This document shows, one piece after another, positions 1 to 8,824 of a DNA stretch of 33,385 nucleotides. The DNA is from Candidatus Gottesmanbacteria bacterium (lineage in GTDB: Bacteria; Patescibacteriota; Microgenomatia; UBA10105; UBA927). The position numbers and the translations under genes were made by a program. Position 1 is the stretch's first letter; every line of letters begins with the position of its first letter. The notes under the pieces are model-generated. The model saw nothing but the letters and a program-made list of their open reading frames with translations, searched no databases and was not told the DNA's origin. The stretch is taken from positions 1-33,385 of the forward strand of contig JACQHE010000057.1 of assembly GCA_016199185.1 (NCBI GenBank). Direction: 5' to 3'.

Positions 1-843
1 CGGCTTGACCTCGTGCACATCCCGTACTTCAATATCCCGATTTGTTACCCGGGAAAGATGGTGGTGACCATTCACGATTTGACCATCCTTCATTTCGATA
101 CCGGCAAAGCAACGACGCTCCCATACATCTTCTATAAACTCCGACGGTTGGGTTACAGAATTGTTATGGAGGTCGGACTGCGGCGGGTGAGCAAAATCAT
201 CGCAGTATCGCAAGCGACAAAACAAGAGCTTGTCGATCATTTTCATCTGAATCCAGAAAAGATAATAGTGACCTACGAAAGCGTTGATAAAAGACTTAAG
301 ACTCAAGACTTAAGACTCAAGGTTCATGAAAGGCTTATTAAACATCCGTACTTGCTCTATGTTGGTAATGCGTATCCACATAAGAATTTGGAAACGCTTG
401 TACGAGCGATGATTCCCATTAAAAATGTAAAGCTCGTTTTGGTGGGTAAAGAAGATTATTTTTATGCTCGACTGGAAAAATTTGTTGAGCAGCAACGAGT
501 TAAGGACTCTGTTGTTTTTTTTGGTCAAGCAAATGATGAGCAACTCGTGAATCTTTACGCGCATGCAAAAGCTCTTGTATTTCCGTCTCTCATGGAAGGG
601 TTCGGGCTCCCGGGACTTGAGGCGTTAGCGTTAGGTTGTCCCGTCATCGCATCGGATATCCCGGTGTTTCACGAAATATTGGGAGACAACGCGACATATT
701 TCCATCCGAATGATGTAGACGACCTCGCCGGAAAACTTCTGTCTGTCAGGCGCACAAATAAACGCATCATGTTAAACAAATTTTCCTGGTCAAGGCTCGC
801 TTCGGAAACGCTGGCAATTTATGAAAGTTGCGCTCGTGTATGA
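1..843 (+). CDS. Glycosyltransferase family 4 (GT-B), 5' end outside window
   Basis: Frame open from position 1; VVTIHDL, YVGNAYPHKN and FPSLMEGFGLPGLEA (EX7E) motifs. Confidence 0.92.
   Translation, partial: RLDLVHIPYFNIPICYPGKMVVTIHDLTILHFDTGKATTLPYIFYKLRRLGYRIVMEVGLRRVSKIIAVSQATKQELVDHFHLNPEKIIVTYESVDKRLKTQDLRLKVHERLIKHPYLLYVGNAYPHKNLETLVRAMIPIKNVKLVLVGKEDYFYARLEKFVEQQRVKDSVVFFGQANDEQLVNLYAHAKALVFPSLMEGFGLPGLEALALGCPVIASDIPVFHEILGDNATYFHPNDVDDLAGKLLSVRRTNKRIMLNKFSWSRLASETLAIYESCARV
291..321 (+). repeat. Heptamer tandem repeat AAGACT(T/C) x4.4 inside the GT4 CDS
   Basis: aagactt-aagactc-aagactt-aagactc-aag read directly. Confidence 0.85.
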
Positions 844-1912
844 CCGAATCAACAAGTGGGGTGGGGCGGAGCGGGTGCTACTGGCTCTTCACGAGATTTG
901 GCCGGAGGCGCCGCTTTTTACCGCGGTCTATGACCCGGGTCGCGCGCAGTGGGCCGATGTATTTGTTGTTAAATCGTCATTCATGCAGTATATTCCCTTC
1001 GCAAAAAACCACCACGAGTGGTTTGCATGGCTAACCCCTATGGCGTTTGAGTCGTTTTCGTTTGATGAGTTTGACGTCGTCATAAGCGTCACGTCTGCAG
1101 AAGCCAAGTGCGTCATTACGAAGCCACATACTCTGCATATCTGTTATTGCCTGACGCCGACGCGGTATCTGTGGAGCGGACACGATGTGTACGCCAAAGA
1201 CTCCAAGATGCTTCGACTGCTGACCCCCGCACTCCGGCGTTGGGATAGGATAGGAAGTTCACGGCCCGACTATTACATTGCGATATCCGATCGTGTGAAG
1301 GAAAGGATACAAACGTATTATGGGAAACATGCCGAAGCGGTGATTTATCCGCCGGTTGACATTGATCAGTTTGACGTCAGGAAACAAACAAAAGACTTTT
1401 ATCTCGTTGTTTCGAGACTCGTTCCGTATAAACGAATAGATCTTATTGTCGATGCGTTTAATACGCTTCAGTTACCGTTGGTGATAATCGGTTCGGGCAC
1501 CGAAGAGCGGTTGCTTCGCGCCAAAGCATCTGGTACCATCTCGTTTGTTTCCTCGCATTTGACAGACGCGGCGCTTGCTGCCTATTATGGAAGTTGCCGC
1601 GCTTTTTTGTCCGCGGCCGATGAGGACTTTGGCATTGCTGCCGTTGAGGCGCAGGCCGCCGGTAAACCGGTCATTGCATTTGCCCAGAGCGCGACAGCGG
1701 AGATCGTGCAGAATGGGAAGACGGGAATAGTGTTTGGGAACCAATCCAAACAAAGCATTATTGATGCAGTAAAGAAATTACAAAAGATAGTGATACGGCC
1801 TAAGGACTGCGTGGAGAACGCGCAGCGGTTTGCCAAAGAGCGATTCGTCAAAGAAATGAAAGATATCATTTATAATCTTTATAACGATTATACACGTTAT
1901 AACTTATCATGA
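821..1912 (+). CDS. Glycosyltransferase family 4 (mannosyltransferase-like)
   Basis: GGAERVL, VSRLVPYKRID and EDFGIAAVEAQAAGKPV motifs. Confidence 0.92.
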   Translation: MKVALVYDRINKWGGAERVLLALHEIWPEAPLFTAVYDPGRAQWADVFVVKSSFMQYIPFAKNHHEWFAWLTPMAFESFSFDEFDVVISVTSAEAKCVITKPHTLHICYCLTPTRYLWSGHDVYAKDSKMLRLLTPALRRWDRIGSSRPDYYIAISDRVKERIQTYYGKHAEAVIYPPVDIDQFDVRKQTKDFYLVVSRLVPYKRIDLIVDAFNTLQLPLVIIGSGTEERLLRAKASGTISFVSSHLTDAALAAYYGSCRAFLSAADEDFGIAAVEAQAAGKPVIAFAQSATAEIVQNGKTGIVFGNQSKQSIIDAVKKLQKIVIRPKDCVENAQRFAKERFVKEMKDIIYNLYNDYTRYNLS

Positions 1913-2991
1913 ATGCAGTCATATTTGCAGGAGGCGTGGGGACCAGGCTCTGGCCGCTGTCACGCAAAAAGTCGCCCAAGCAATTTGAGAAAATCATCGG
2001 CAACAAATCCACGCTGCAGCTTGCGGCCGAGCGGCTGCAGCCGGATTTCCCATGGGACCACGTGTATGTTGCTACCGGCCGAACGTACGTGCCGATCGTG
2101 CAGGAGCAACTGCCGAAACTTCCTCCAACCCATGTCATCGGCGAGCCGGAAGTTCGCGACGTAGGACCTGCGGTGGGACTTATGGCCGCCATTCTCGCGC
2201 GTGAGTCTTCGGACGAGCCTATGGCCATTCTCTGGAGTGATCACCTGGTCCGCAAAGACGCGCTCTTTCGTAAAATTCTTCGCGTTGCCGGTGAGTATAT
2301 CCACGGGAATCCGGAGAAGATTATTTTTGTCGCTCAAAAACCCCGTTTTCCCAGCGAAAATTTGGGATGGATCGAGTACGGTGAATCGCTGACGGAAAAA
2401 GAAGGGATCGTTTTTCACGCATTTATCGATTGTCAGTACCGGCCGGGAAAAGAAACAGCGCAACGGTATTTTGAAAGCGGGCATCACGGATGGAATCTGG
2501 GGTACTTCGTGACCTCGCCTCGATTTCTTCTTGCTCTGTATGAACGGTTTGTCCCCAACGTATACGCCGGGCTTGAACGAATCGCCCAGTCGTGGCATTC
2601 GGGTACGGCGGCCGAAGTATTAGAGCGTGTATATCCTACGTTGGAAAAGATAAGTTTTGACAACGCGATTTTAGAAAAGCTTGATCCCTCCCAGGCGCTG
2701 GTGATTTCAGAAAACATCGAGTGGAGCGATATTGGCGCCTGGGAAGCGCTCAAAGAAGCGCTTGAGGAAGCAGAAGAGAAAAACGTGACACAAGGGAAAG
2801 TGATGCTCAATGATACGCAGGATAGCCTTGTGTATAACTATACGGATCAGCTGGTGGTCACGATAGATCTGGACGATATGCTGATCGTCAACACGGGCGA
2901 CGTGGTTCTTGTGTGCAAAAAAGGGTCAGTGTCCAAGATCAAAAAACTCGTGGAGCGCATGACCGGGACCCAAAACGACCACCTGACGTAA
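1909..2991 (+). CDS. manC: Mannose-1-phosphate guanylyltransferase (no PMI cupin domain)
   Basis: AGGVGTRLWPLSRKKSPKQF, WSDHL, ISFDNAILEK and WSDIGAW motifs. Confidence 0.85.
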   Translation: MNAVIFAGGVGTRLWPLSRKKSPKQFEKIIGNKSTLQLAAERLQPDFPWDHVYVATGRTYVPIVQEQLPKLPPTHVIGEPEVRDVGPAVGLMAAILARESSDEPMAILWSDHLVRKDALFRKILRVAGEYIHGNPEKIIFVAQKPRFPSENLGWIEYGESLTEKEGIVFHAFIDCQYRPGKETAQRYFESGHHGWNLGYFVTSPRFLLALYERFVPNVYAGLERIAQSWHSGTAAEVLERVYPTLEKISFDNAILEKLDPSQALVISENIEWSDIGAWEALKEALEEAEEKNVTQGKVMLNDTQDSLVYNYTDQLVVTIDLDDMLIVNTGDVVLVCKKGSVSKIKKLVERMTGTQNDHLT

Positions 2992-2994
2992 CCT

Positions 2995-3633
2995 ATGTGG
3001 TACGAAGTTATCAAGCGGCTGATAGACCTTCTGGGAAGTATTGTACTCAGTATCGTATTTGCGCCAGTTGCCATTATCACGGCAATTGCCATCACGCTGG
3101 ATAGTCCGGGGCCGGTGCTTGCAGACACGCCGCGCCGGGTTGGCAAAGGCGGCGGCCTCTTTCGGATTTACAAGTTTCGCTCGATGATCGTCAATGCACA
3201 TGCGAAACTCCGTACTGACCCCAAGCTCGCCAGACTCTATTCCCAGTACAAGCGTAATAGCTATAAACTCAAAGAGGACCCCAGGGTGACGAAGGTAGGC
3301 AAGTTTATACGGAGGCACTCTCTCGATGAGATTCCGCAGCTTATCAATGTCATGCGCGGTGAGATGAGCTTGGTTGGTCCCCGGCCGTATTACCAGGATG
3401 AACTTGTCCAACAGCAGAGGAAATATCCGCATACGAAAGATTTGGTTTCCGTGGTGCTTTCTGCTAAGCCGGGCATCACCGGGTACTGGCAGGTGTCGGG
3501 GCGAAGCGAGGTAAACTTCGACAAGCGCATTAAAATGGATGCTGATTACGTGCGAAAGCGATCGATACTTCTGGATATCACTATACTTCTCAAAAGCCCC
3601 TGGGCCATGATTTCCGGGAAAGGAGCTGTGTGA
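2995..3633 (+). CDS. Sugar transferase (priming polyprenyl-phosphate phosphoglycosyltransferase, Bac_transf domain)
   Basis: KRLIDL plus one TM segment, YKFRSM, DPRVTKVG, SLDEIPQLINV, MSLVGPRP, KPGITGYWQV. Confidence 0.93.
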   Translation: MWYEVIKRLIDLLGSIVLSIVFAPVAIITAIAITLDSPGPVLADTPRRVGKGGGLFRIYKFRSMIVNAHAKLRTDPKLARLYSQYKRNSYKLKEDPRVTKVGKFIRRHSLDEIPQLINVMRGEMSLVGPRPYYQDELVQQQRKYPHTKDLVSVVLSAKPGITGYWQVSGRSEVNFDKRIKMDADYVRKRSILLDITILLKSPWAMISGKGAV

Positions 3634-3639
3634 TACAAT
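3631..3639 (+). promoter_or_regulatory. Extended -10 element TGaTACAAT, 7 nt before ATG 3647
   Basis: Match to TGnTAnnnT; spacing fits a leaderless transcript. Confidence 0.5.
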
Positions 3640-3646
3640 ATTGCTT

Positions 3647-5611
3647 ATGCCAGATTTCCTGAAAAAAATTTCTTTGGAAACCGCGCCGCAGATAGAACGT
3701 CCCAAGCGGCGTTTTCGCTGGAAGATTATTGGTATTCCCCTGGGCGTTCTTCTTGTTTTTTTCCTGATTATCGCGGTCATGTTACTCCCGATGCGGGGAG
3801 TGATCGCCGCTGCGCGCGAGACCATGGCCGCCGGGCGTGAACTTGGGGCGGCGGTGAAAAATCAGGATTTGGAGCTGGCAAAAGCAGGACTCGCTACCAC
3901 CCGGGAAAAGCTTACTATTCTCTCGGCTGAATACAAAAAAATGACGGCGCTCAAAGCAGTTCCCATCTTGGGCAGGTATATAGCCGACGGCGAGCATGGC
4001 ATCAATGCCGCCTTTGCCGGTCTTGCGGCCGGAGATAAAGCTATAGAGGCGTTGGAACCTAACGCGGATCTTTTGGGACTTAAAGGCGAGAGTAAGTTCG
4101 TATCCGGCACCGCTGACGAGCGGCTCCAGACGGCAGTCAAGACCATGAGCGCCCTCACCCCGAAAGTCAACGAAATGGCGGTCCACATCGAAACGCTGCG
4201 AAAAGAAATCGATGCTATAGACCCCAACCGATACCCTGCAACAATTGGCAAAACGATTGTGCGGGAACAAATTGTGCAAATGAAAGAGGTCATAGAAAAT
4301 GCAGCCAACCTCTTTGTCAACGCGCAGCCCCTGCTTATCAATCTTCCAAAGCTTTTAGGAGACAAAGAAGAGATGCGTTACCTGGTACTTTTCCAAAACG
4401 ATAAGGAGCTGCGCCCTACCGGCGGCTTCATCACCGCGTACGCACAGTTTCGGCTTGTAAAAGGGAAGGCAATTTTGGAAAAGGCCGATGATATTTATGC
4501 GTTGGACGGCGCCAAAAAGAAGAACTTTCCGGCCCCCCGGGAGATTACGACGTTTCACAAAGGCGTCTACAACCTCAATATCAGAGACTCCAATCTAAGC
4601 CCTGATTTTAAGCTTGCCATGCGGCAATTTGAGGAGCTCTACGATGCCGTATCCGGTAAAGAAAAAATTGACGGCATCTGGGCCGTGGATACCCACGTTC
4701 TGGTAGAGGCGCTTAAGATTTTGGGACCCACGTACGTGTATGGCCGCGAGTTCAGCGCCGAAACGGATAAGCGCTGCGATTGCCCCAAGGCCGTCTATGA
4801 GCTGGAGGACTACTCCACCCGGCCCGTGGGGTATCTTCGCGGCGCCAGAAAAGACATCATCGGCGTGCTCCTGCAGACGATCTTGCAGAAAGCGCTCGGG
4901 GTTTCTCCGTCCCAGTATTGGGGACAACTATTCCAGATGCTTCTAGCGGAAATCAACGAGAAGCACGTCCTTGCCTACTTCCACGACAGCGATGCACAGC
5001 TTGCGGCCGAGAGCTTTAACATGGCCGGCCGCATCATGGTTGCCACGGAGTCGGCAACGCTCCTTAAATATCAGGAAGGAAAAGGGTGGGATTACCTTCA
5101 CATCAATGGGAGTAACATGGCCGGCGCCAAAGCCAACATGTTTGTTTCCGAAAAAGTCAACAAAGATGTTTCTGTAGGAAGCGACGGAACCATTACGACC
5201 AAGCTCGCCCTCGAGTACAAAAATCCCTATCCCGGGAGCGACTGCGGGTTGGAAAGCGGGGGACTTTGTCTCAACGCTCCGCTTCGCAACTGGGTGCGCG
5301 TCTACGTACCGACGGGCAGCAAGCTTACGGAAAGCAAAGGCGCCCAGTCGCCAAAAGACAATAAGCCGGTGGATTTGGAGACCTACGACAGCCTGGGCAA
5401 GACGGTATTTGAAGGATTTTTGATCGTCAACCCGTTAGGCACCGCGCGGCTTGACCTCACCTACACCTCGCCCATCAAGTCCGATGACGGCAAATACAAG
5501 CTCCTCGTCCAGAAACAGCCCGGCACGGACGGGAATGAATATACCATCAAACTCGGCGGACGCGAGCGCAAAAAGTTTGAGCTAACGACGGACACGGAGA
5601 TCGTGTTGTAG
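3647..5611 (+). CDS. DUF4012-like membrane-anchored extracytoplasmic protein
   Basis: N-terminal TM and helical stalk, then YLVLFQNDKELRPTGGFI, RDSNLSPDF and C-terminal YKLLVQKQPG. Confidence 0.8.
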   Translation: MPDFLKKISLETAPQIERPKRRFRWKIIGIPLGVLLVFFLIIAVMLLPMRGVIAAARETMAAGRELGAAVKNQDLELAKAGLATTREKLTILSAEYKKMTALKAVPILGRYIADGEHGINAAFAGLAAGDKAIEALEPNADLLGLKGESKFVSGTADERLQTAVKTMSALTPKVNEMAVHIETLRKEIDAIDPNRYPATIGKTIVREQIVQMKEVIENAANLFVNAQPLLINLPKLLGDKEEMRYLVLFQNDKELRPTGGFITAYAQFRLVKGKAILEKADDIYALDGAKKKNFPAPREITTFHKGVYNLNIRDSNLSPDFKLAMRQFEELYDAVSGKEKIDGIWAVDTHVLVEALKILGPTYVYGREFSAETDKRCDCPKAVYELEDYSTRPVGYLRGARKDIIGVLLQTILQKALGVSPSQYWGQLFQMLLAEINEKHVLAYFHDSDAQLAAESFNMAGRIMVATESATLLKYQEGKGWDYLHINGSNMAGAKANMFVSEKVNKDVSVGSDGTITTKLALEYKNPYPGSDCGLESGGLCLNAPLRNWVRVYVPTGSKLTESKGAQSPKDNKPVDLETYDSLGKTVFEGFLIVNPLGTARLDLTYTSPIKSDDGKYKLLVQKQPGTDGNEYTIKLGGRERKKFELTTDTEIVL

Positions 5612-5618
5612 TCTTCCT

Positions 5619-6188
5619 ATGACCTCACCCGGGCGCGTCTCCTTGGCGCATGCGATCGTCCTCAAACGCAGAAACGTGGGCGAGGCAGACCGGATCCTTA
5701 CCATTTTTTCCAAAGAATATGGCCGGATGCGCGTGGTAGCCAAAGGAGTACGCCGCGTCCACAGCAGACGCGCGCCTCATCTGGAGATCTTTTCTCATGC
5801 AACGCTCGTCCTCCATAAAGGAAAAACATGGGAGAGTGTGTCAGAGGTGACCCCTATTGACGCATTCCCGGTTCTGCGCGCGTATCTCCCTCGGGTAAGC
5901 GCGGCATACTATCTTTGTGAGCTTGTTGACGCGTTACTTCCTGAACGGCAAGAACATCGGGATATTTACACGCTTCTTCTCGGAGCATTGACGATGCTTA
6001 ACGATACCGTGGAGAGTGACCCGGTGGTAGTAAGCGAGCAGTTTGCCCTTGAGCTTTTGCGATGCCTCGGGTATCTCGCCCGCGATCGTATCTTACCGAC
6101 GGGCCAAATCGAGCCGTATATCGAACGGATTATCGAGAAACACCTGCGCACCCCCAAGATTCTTGCTCAACTTTCTGCTACAATTTGA
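5619..6188 (+). CDS. recO: DNA repair protein RecO
   Basis: AIVLKRRNVGEADRILTIFSKEYG..VAKGVRR..SRRAPHLE. Confidence 0.92.
   Translation: MTSPGRVSLAHAIVLKRRNVGEADRILTIFSKEYGRMRVVAKGVRRVHSRRAPHLEIFSHATLVLHKGKTWESVSEVTPIDAFPVLRAYLPRVSAAYYLCELVDALLPERQEHRDIYTLLLGALTMLNDTVESDPVVVSEQFALELLRCLGYLARDRILPTGQIEPYIERIIEKHLRTPKILAQLSATI
6176..6184 (+). promoter_or_regulatory. Extended -10 element TGcTACAAT, 6 nt before glyQS ATG
   Basis: Direct motif match at the end of recO. Confidence 0.5.
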
Positions 6189-6190
6189 TT

Positions 6191-7474
6191 ATGGCATCGA
6201 TGGATGATATTTCAGCTCTTGCAAAACGGCGAGGATTTATTTATCCCGGGAGCGAAATTTACGGAGGGATAGCCGGATTCTGGGATTATGGGCCTCTGGG
6301 CGTGGAACTCAAAAACAACATTAAACGCGCCTGGTGGCGACAAATGGTATATGAGCGTGAAGACGTGGTGGGGATGGATGCCGCGATTATTATGAACCCG
6401 AAGGTTTGGGAAGCGTCGGGGCATACGAGCTCATTTACCGATCCTCTGGTAGAGTGCAAGATTTGTCACAAGCGTTTCCGTTCGGATAAGCCCGAGCAGT
6501 TGGCGGCGCATGAAAAAGATCACAATGAGCCTGTTGAATGGACCCAGCCCAAGAAATTTAATCTCTTGACTGAAGTGCTTTTGGGCGCAACCGAACCCAA
6601 GATGACAGCGTATCTTCGCGGAGAAATTACGCAGGGAGTATTTGTGAACTTCAGAAACGTCGTTGACTCAACGCGAGTGAAAGTTCCATTCGGGATTGCC
6701 CAGATCGGAAAAGCCTTCCGCAATGAAATTACCCCCGGAAACTTTACGTTTAGGAGTCGTGAGTTTGAACAGATGGAGCTTGAGTATTTTGTCAAACCCG
6801 ATGAAAAGACTGCGGCAGAGCTTTTTGAATACTGGAAGCAGGAACGGATGCGCTGGTACGTATCTTTGGGAATGACCAAGGATAGCCTGCGGTTTCGGGA
6901 TCACGAATCGGACGAGCGTGTGTTTTATGCAAAATTCGCGACAGACATTGAGTATAACGCGCCCTTCGGGTGGAGTGAGTTTGAAGGAATTCACCATCGT
7001 GGTGATTGGGATCTGTCGCGCCACAAGCTTACGTATGCCGATCCGGAGACCGGTGAAACGTACAAGCCCTGGGTGATTGAGACGTCCGGAGGCGTGGATC
7101 GGGCGGCCTTATTTTTTCTCATTGATGCCTACCGTGAGGATGGAAAGCGCGTTATTCTTGGGTTACATCCAAAATTGGCGCCGGTGAAAGCTGCCGTATT
7201 TCCCTTAGTGGCAAATAAGCCGGATATCGTGGATAAGGCACGGGCAGTGTACGGGCTTCTGAAGAAGCGTTTTGTCGCGGGCTGGGATGATCGGGGAAAT
7301 ATCGGGAAGCGCTACCTTGCGCAAGATGAAATCGGCACCCCGTGGTGCGTGACCATCGATTATGATACGCTAAAAGATGATAGTGTAACTGTACGAGATC
7401 GGGATACCACAAAGCAGGAACGGGTGAACATTGACCAATTGATACATTACATGGAGGAGAAATATGAAAAATAA
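6191..7474 (+). CDS. glyQS: Glycine--tRNA ligase, homodimeric (alpha2) type
   Basis: KRRGFIYPGSEIYGG, WDYGPLGVELKNN, AQIGKAFRNEITP, REFEQME, IGKRY..QDEIGTP; start placed at ATG 6191. Confidence 0.95.
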   Translation: MASMDDISALAKRRGFIYPGSEIYGGIAGFWDYGPLGVELKNNIKRAWWRQMVYEREDVVGMDAAIIMNPKVWEASGHTSSFTDPLVECKICHKRFRSDKPEQLAAHEKDHNEPVEWTQPKKFNLLTEVLLGATEPKMTAYLRGEITQGVFVNFRNVVDSTRVKVPFGIAQIGKAFRNEITPGNFTFRSREFEQMELEYFVKPDEKTAAELFEYWKQERMRWYVSLGMTKDSLRFRDHESDERVFYAKFATDIEYNAPFGWSEFEGIHHRGDWDLSRHKLTYADPETGETYKPWVIETSGGVDRAALFFLIDAYREDGKRVILGLHPKLAPVKAAVFPLVANKPDIVDKARAVYGLLKKRFVAGWDDRGNIGKRYLAQDEIGTPWCVTIDYDTLKDDSVTVRDRDTTKQERVNIDQLIHYMEEKYEK

Positions 7475-7931
7475 AATGATCATTCTTTTTATCGTCCTAG
7501 GGCTTCTTTTGGGAGGGACGGGGTTTGTGGTCTATAAGGCCTTTGCGCCCGCTCCCAAAATCGCCCAGGTGGTGGAAGAGGAAATGCCGGCGGAAGAAGT
7601 GGAGCCGCTGGACCGCTCGATCGTGGTGGATGTGACCAAGAGCAGAGTCAAGCATAACACCGTGGTTCTCTCCGTGAGCGGCTTGGGCGGCAAGGTACGA
7701 AGCATTGCCTATGAGCTTAGCTACACGAGTCAGGGCATCGTGCAGGGGGTGACCAGTAAACCCGTAGATGTGTCAGGGAAAGACTCGTTTGTGCGCGACG
7801 ATATCTACTTAGGAACGTGCTCTCGTAATGTCTGTAGGCCCCACCTTGGCGTCAAAAGTGTCACCGTTGTCTTGGAGTTTACCAATGCTTCCGGCAAAAA
7901 GAGCCAGTTCTCCAAAGAGTATGAATTTTAA
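7464..7931 (+). CDS. Hypothetical protein with an N-terminal membrane anchor and a beta-rich domain (LGTCSRNVC)
   Basis: GGAGG upstream, overlap with glyQS stop, one N-terminal hydrophobic helix. Confidence 0.8.
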   Translation: MKNKMIILFIVLGLLLGGTGFVVYKAFAPAPKIAQVVEEEMPAEEVEPLDRSIVVDVTKSRVKHNTVVLSVSGLGGKVRSIAYELSYTSQGIVQGVTSKPVDVSGKDSFVRDDIYLGTCSRNVCRPHLGVKSVTVVLEFTNASGKKSQFSKEYEF

Positions 7932-7939
7932 ATGTTCGT

Positions 7940-8139
7940 ATGGTTGTTATTTCGAAAACATGGCTTGAAATACTGTCAGATTTTTTTTTAATATCGCTGC
8001 GGCCTGGATTGCCGTTGTTTTTATTGAGCCGCAATTGGGATTATCAAATGTTTGGGGATTGATCTTTAAATTTCTGCTTGGTATTCTAAGTTTGACAGTT
8101 GCTAAGCGATTTCGAGAGGAGGCAAAAAAATATGCTTAA
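7940..8139 (+). pseudogene. Small two-TM membrane protein gene frameshifted at a T9 run (7981-7989)
   Basis: MVVISKTWLEILSDFF continues in another frame as NIAAAWIAVVFIEPQ...LLGILSLTVAKRFREEAKKYA*; one extra T joins them. Confidence 0.55.
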
Positions 8140-8257
8140 TTTTAGTACTATCACAAATAACGTTGCAGTCATGTACGCTCTGCTTCTTATCATCGTGCTT
8201 CTTATGTATATTGCCTTTTACAAGAAATCTCCTCCACGGAAGTCTGCGAGTAAATAA
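8132..8257 (+). CDS. 41-aa single-TM microprotein (not in ORF track)
   Basis: GGAGG upstream; MLNFSTITNNVAVMYALLLIIVLLMYIAFYKKSPPRKSASK has a hydrophobic helix and basic tail. Confidence 0.55.
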   Translation: MLNFSTITNNVAVMYALLLIIVLLMYIAFYKKSPPRKSASK

Positions 8258-8356
8258 TTATTTTTTAGACCTACGGACTCGTCAGACTCCAGCCTCTATC
8301 GGTGTCAAAAAAACTGCGGCCGCAAGTAAAATGATCCCTTCGTGAAAACTCACCCC

Positions 8357-8417
8357 TTGACACGCCGTGAAAAATGGGAGAGTATGGATATAAATGGGAA
8401 GAAGTGGTAGACTTGGG
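8357..8417 (+). promoter_or_regulatory. dcw promoter (TTGACA-N17-GAGTAT) overlapped by 10-bp-phased TGG(G) repeats, the likely MraZ operator
   Basis: TTGACA 8357-8362; aaaaTGGgag/agtaTGGata/taaaTGGgaa/gaagTGGtag/actTGGGaca; MraZ is known to bind TGGGN-type repeats with 10-bp period. Confidence 0.75.
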
Positions 8418-8419
8418 AC

Positions 8420-8824
8420 ATGAAGTTATTCCTTGGGGAGTATGACCATGCTTTAGACGATCGGGGCCGCGTAACGCTCCCGCGTAAGATCAGGCAAGAG
8501 ATAGAAGATCGGGAAATAGTATTAGCCAAAGGATTTGATCCATGCATCTTTGGGTTTGATAAAGGGAGCTGGGAGCACGAAGCGGCCAAACACTTGGAGG
8601 CGCCGGTCACGGACGAAAGGGCTCGAAACTTACGACGATACCTGTTTGCCGGTGCGCAAAAAATAGAGGTGGATAAGCTTGGACGCATACTCTTGCCTGC
8701 CCAGCTCAAGGAATACGCTTCTATCGGCGGAGAAGTCGTGGTGATCGGCGCGGGAGATCATTTTGAGATTTGGGATAAGAGCAATTGGGAGAGATATGAA
8801 AAAGCACACGCCGGTCATGGTTGA
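8420..8824 (+). CDS. mraZ: Transcriptional regulator MraZ
   Basis: FLGEYDHALDDRGRVTLP and DKLGRILLP repeats; VIGAGDHFEIW. Confidence 0.96.
   Translation: MKLFLGEYDHALDDRGRVTLPRKIRQEIEDREIVLAKGFDPCIFGFDKGSWEHEAAKHLEAPVTDERARNLRRYLFAGAQKIEVDKLGRILLPAQLKEYASIGGEVVVIGAGDHFEIWDKSNWERYEKAHAGHG

Noticed and set aside
2926..3825. 299-aa minus-strand ORF
   Set aside because: Antisense shadow of the sugar transferase and DUF4012-like genes; no recognisable motif.
6062..6190. N-terminal extension of GlyRS in the ORF track
   Set aside because: Overlaps recO; family similarity begins at ATG 6191, which has its own -10 element.
8163..8345. 60-aa + strand ORF in the track
   Set aside because: TTG start without an RBS; the overlapping 8132-8257 frame has an RBS and a better membrane-protein profile.
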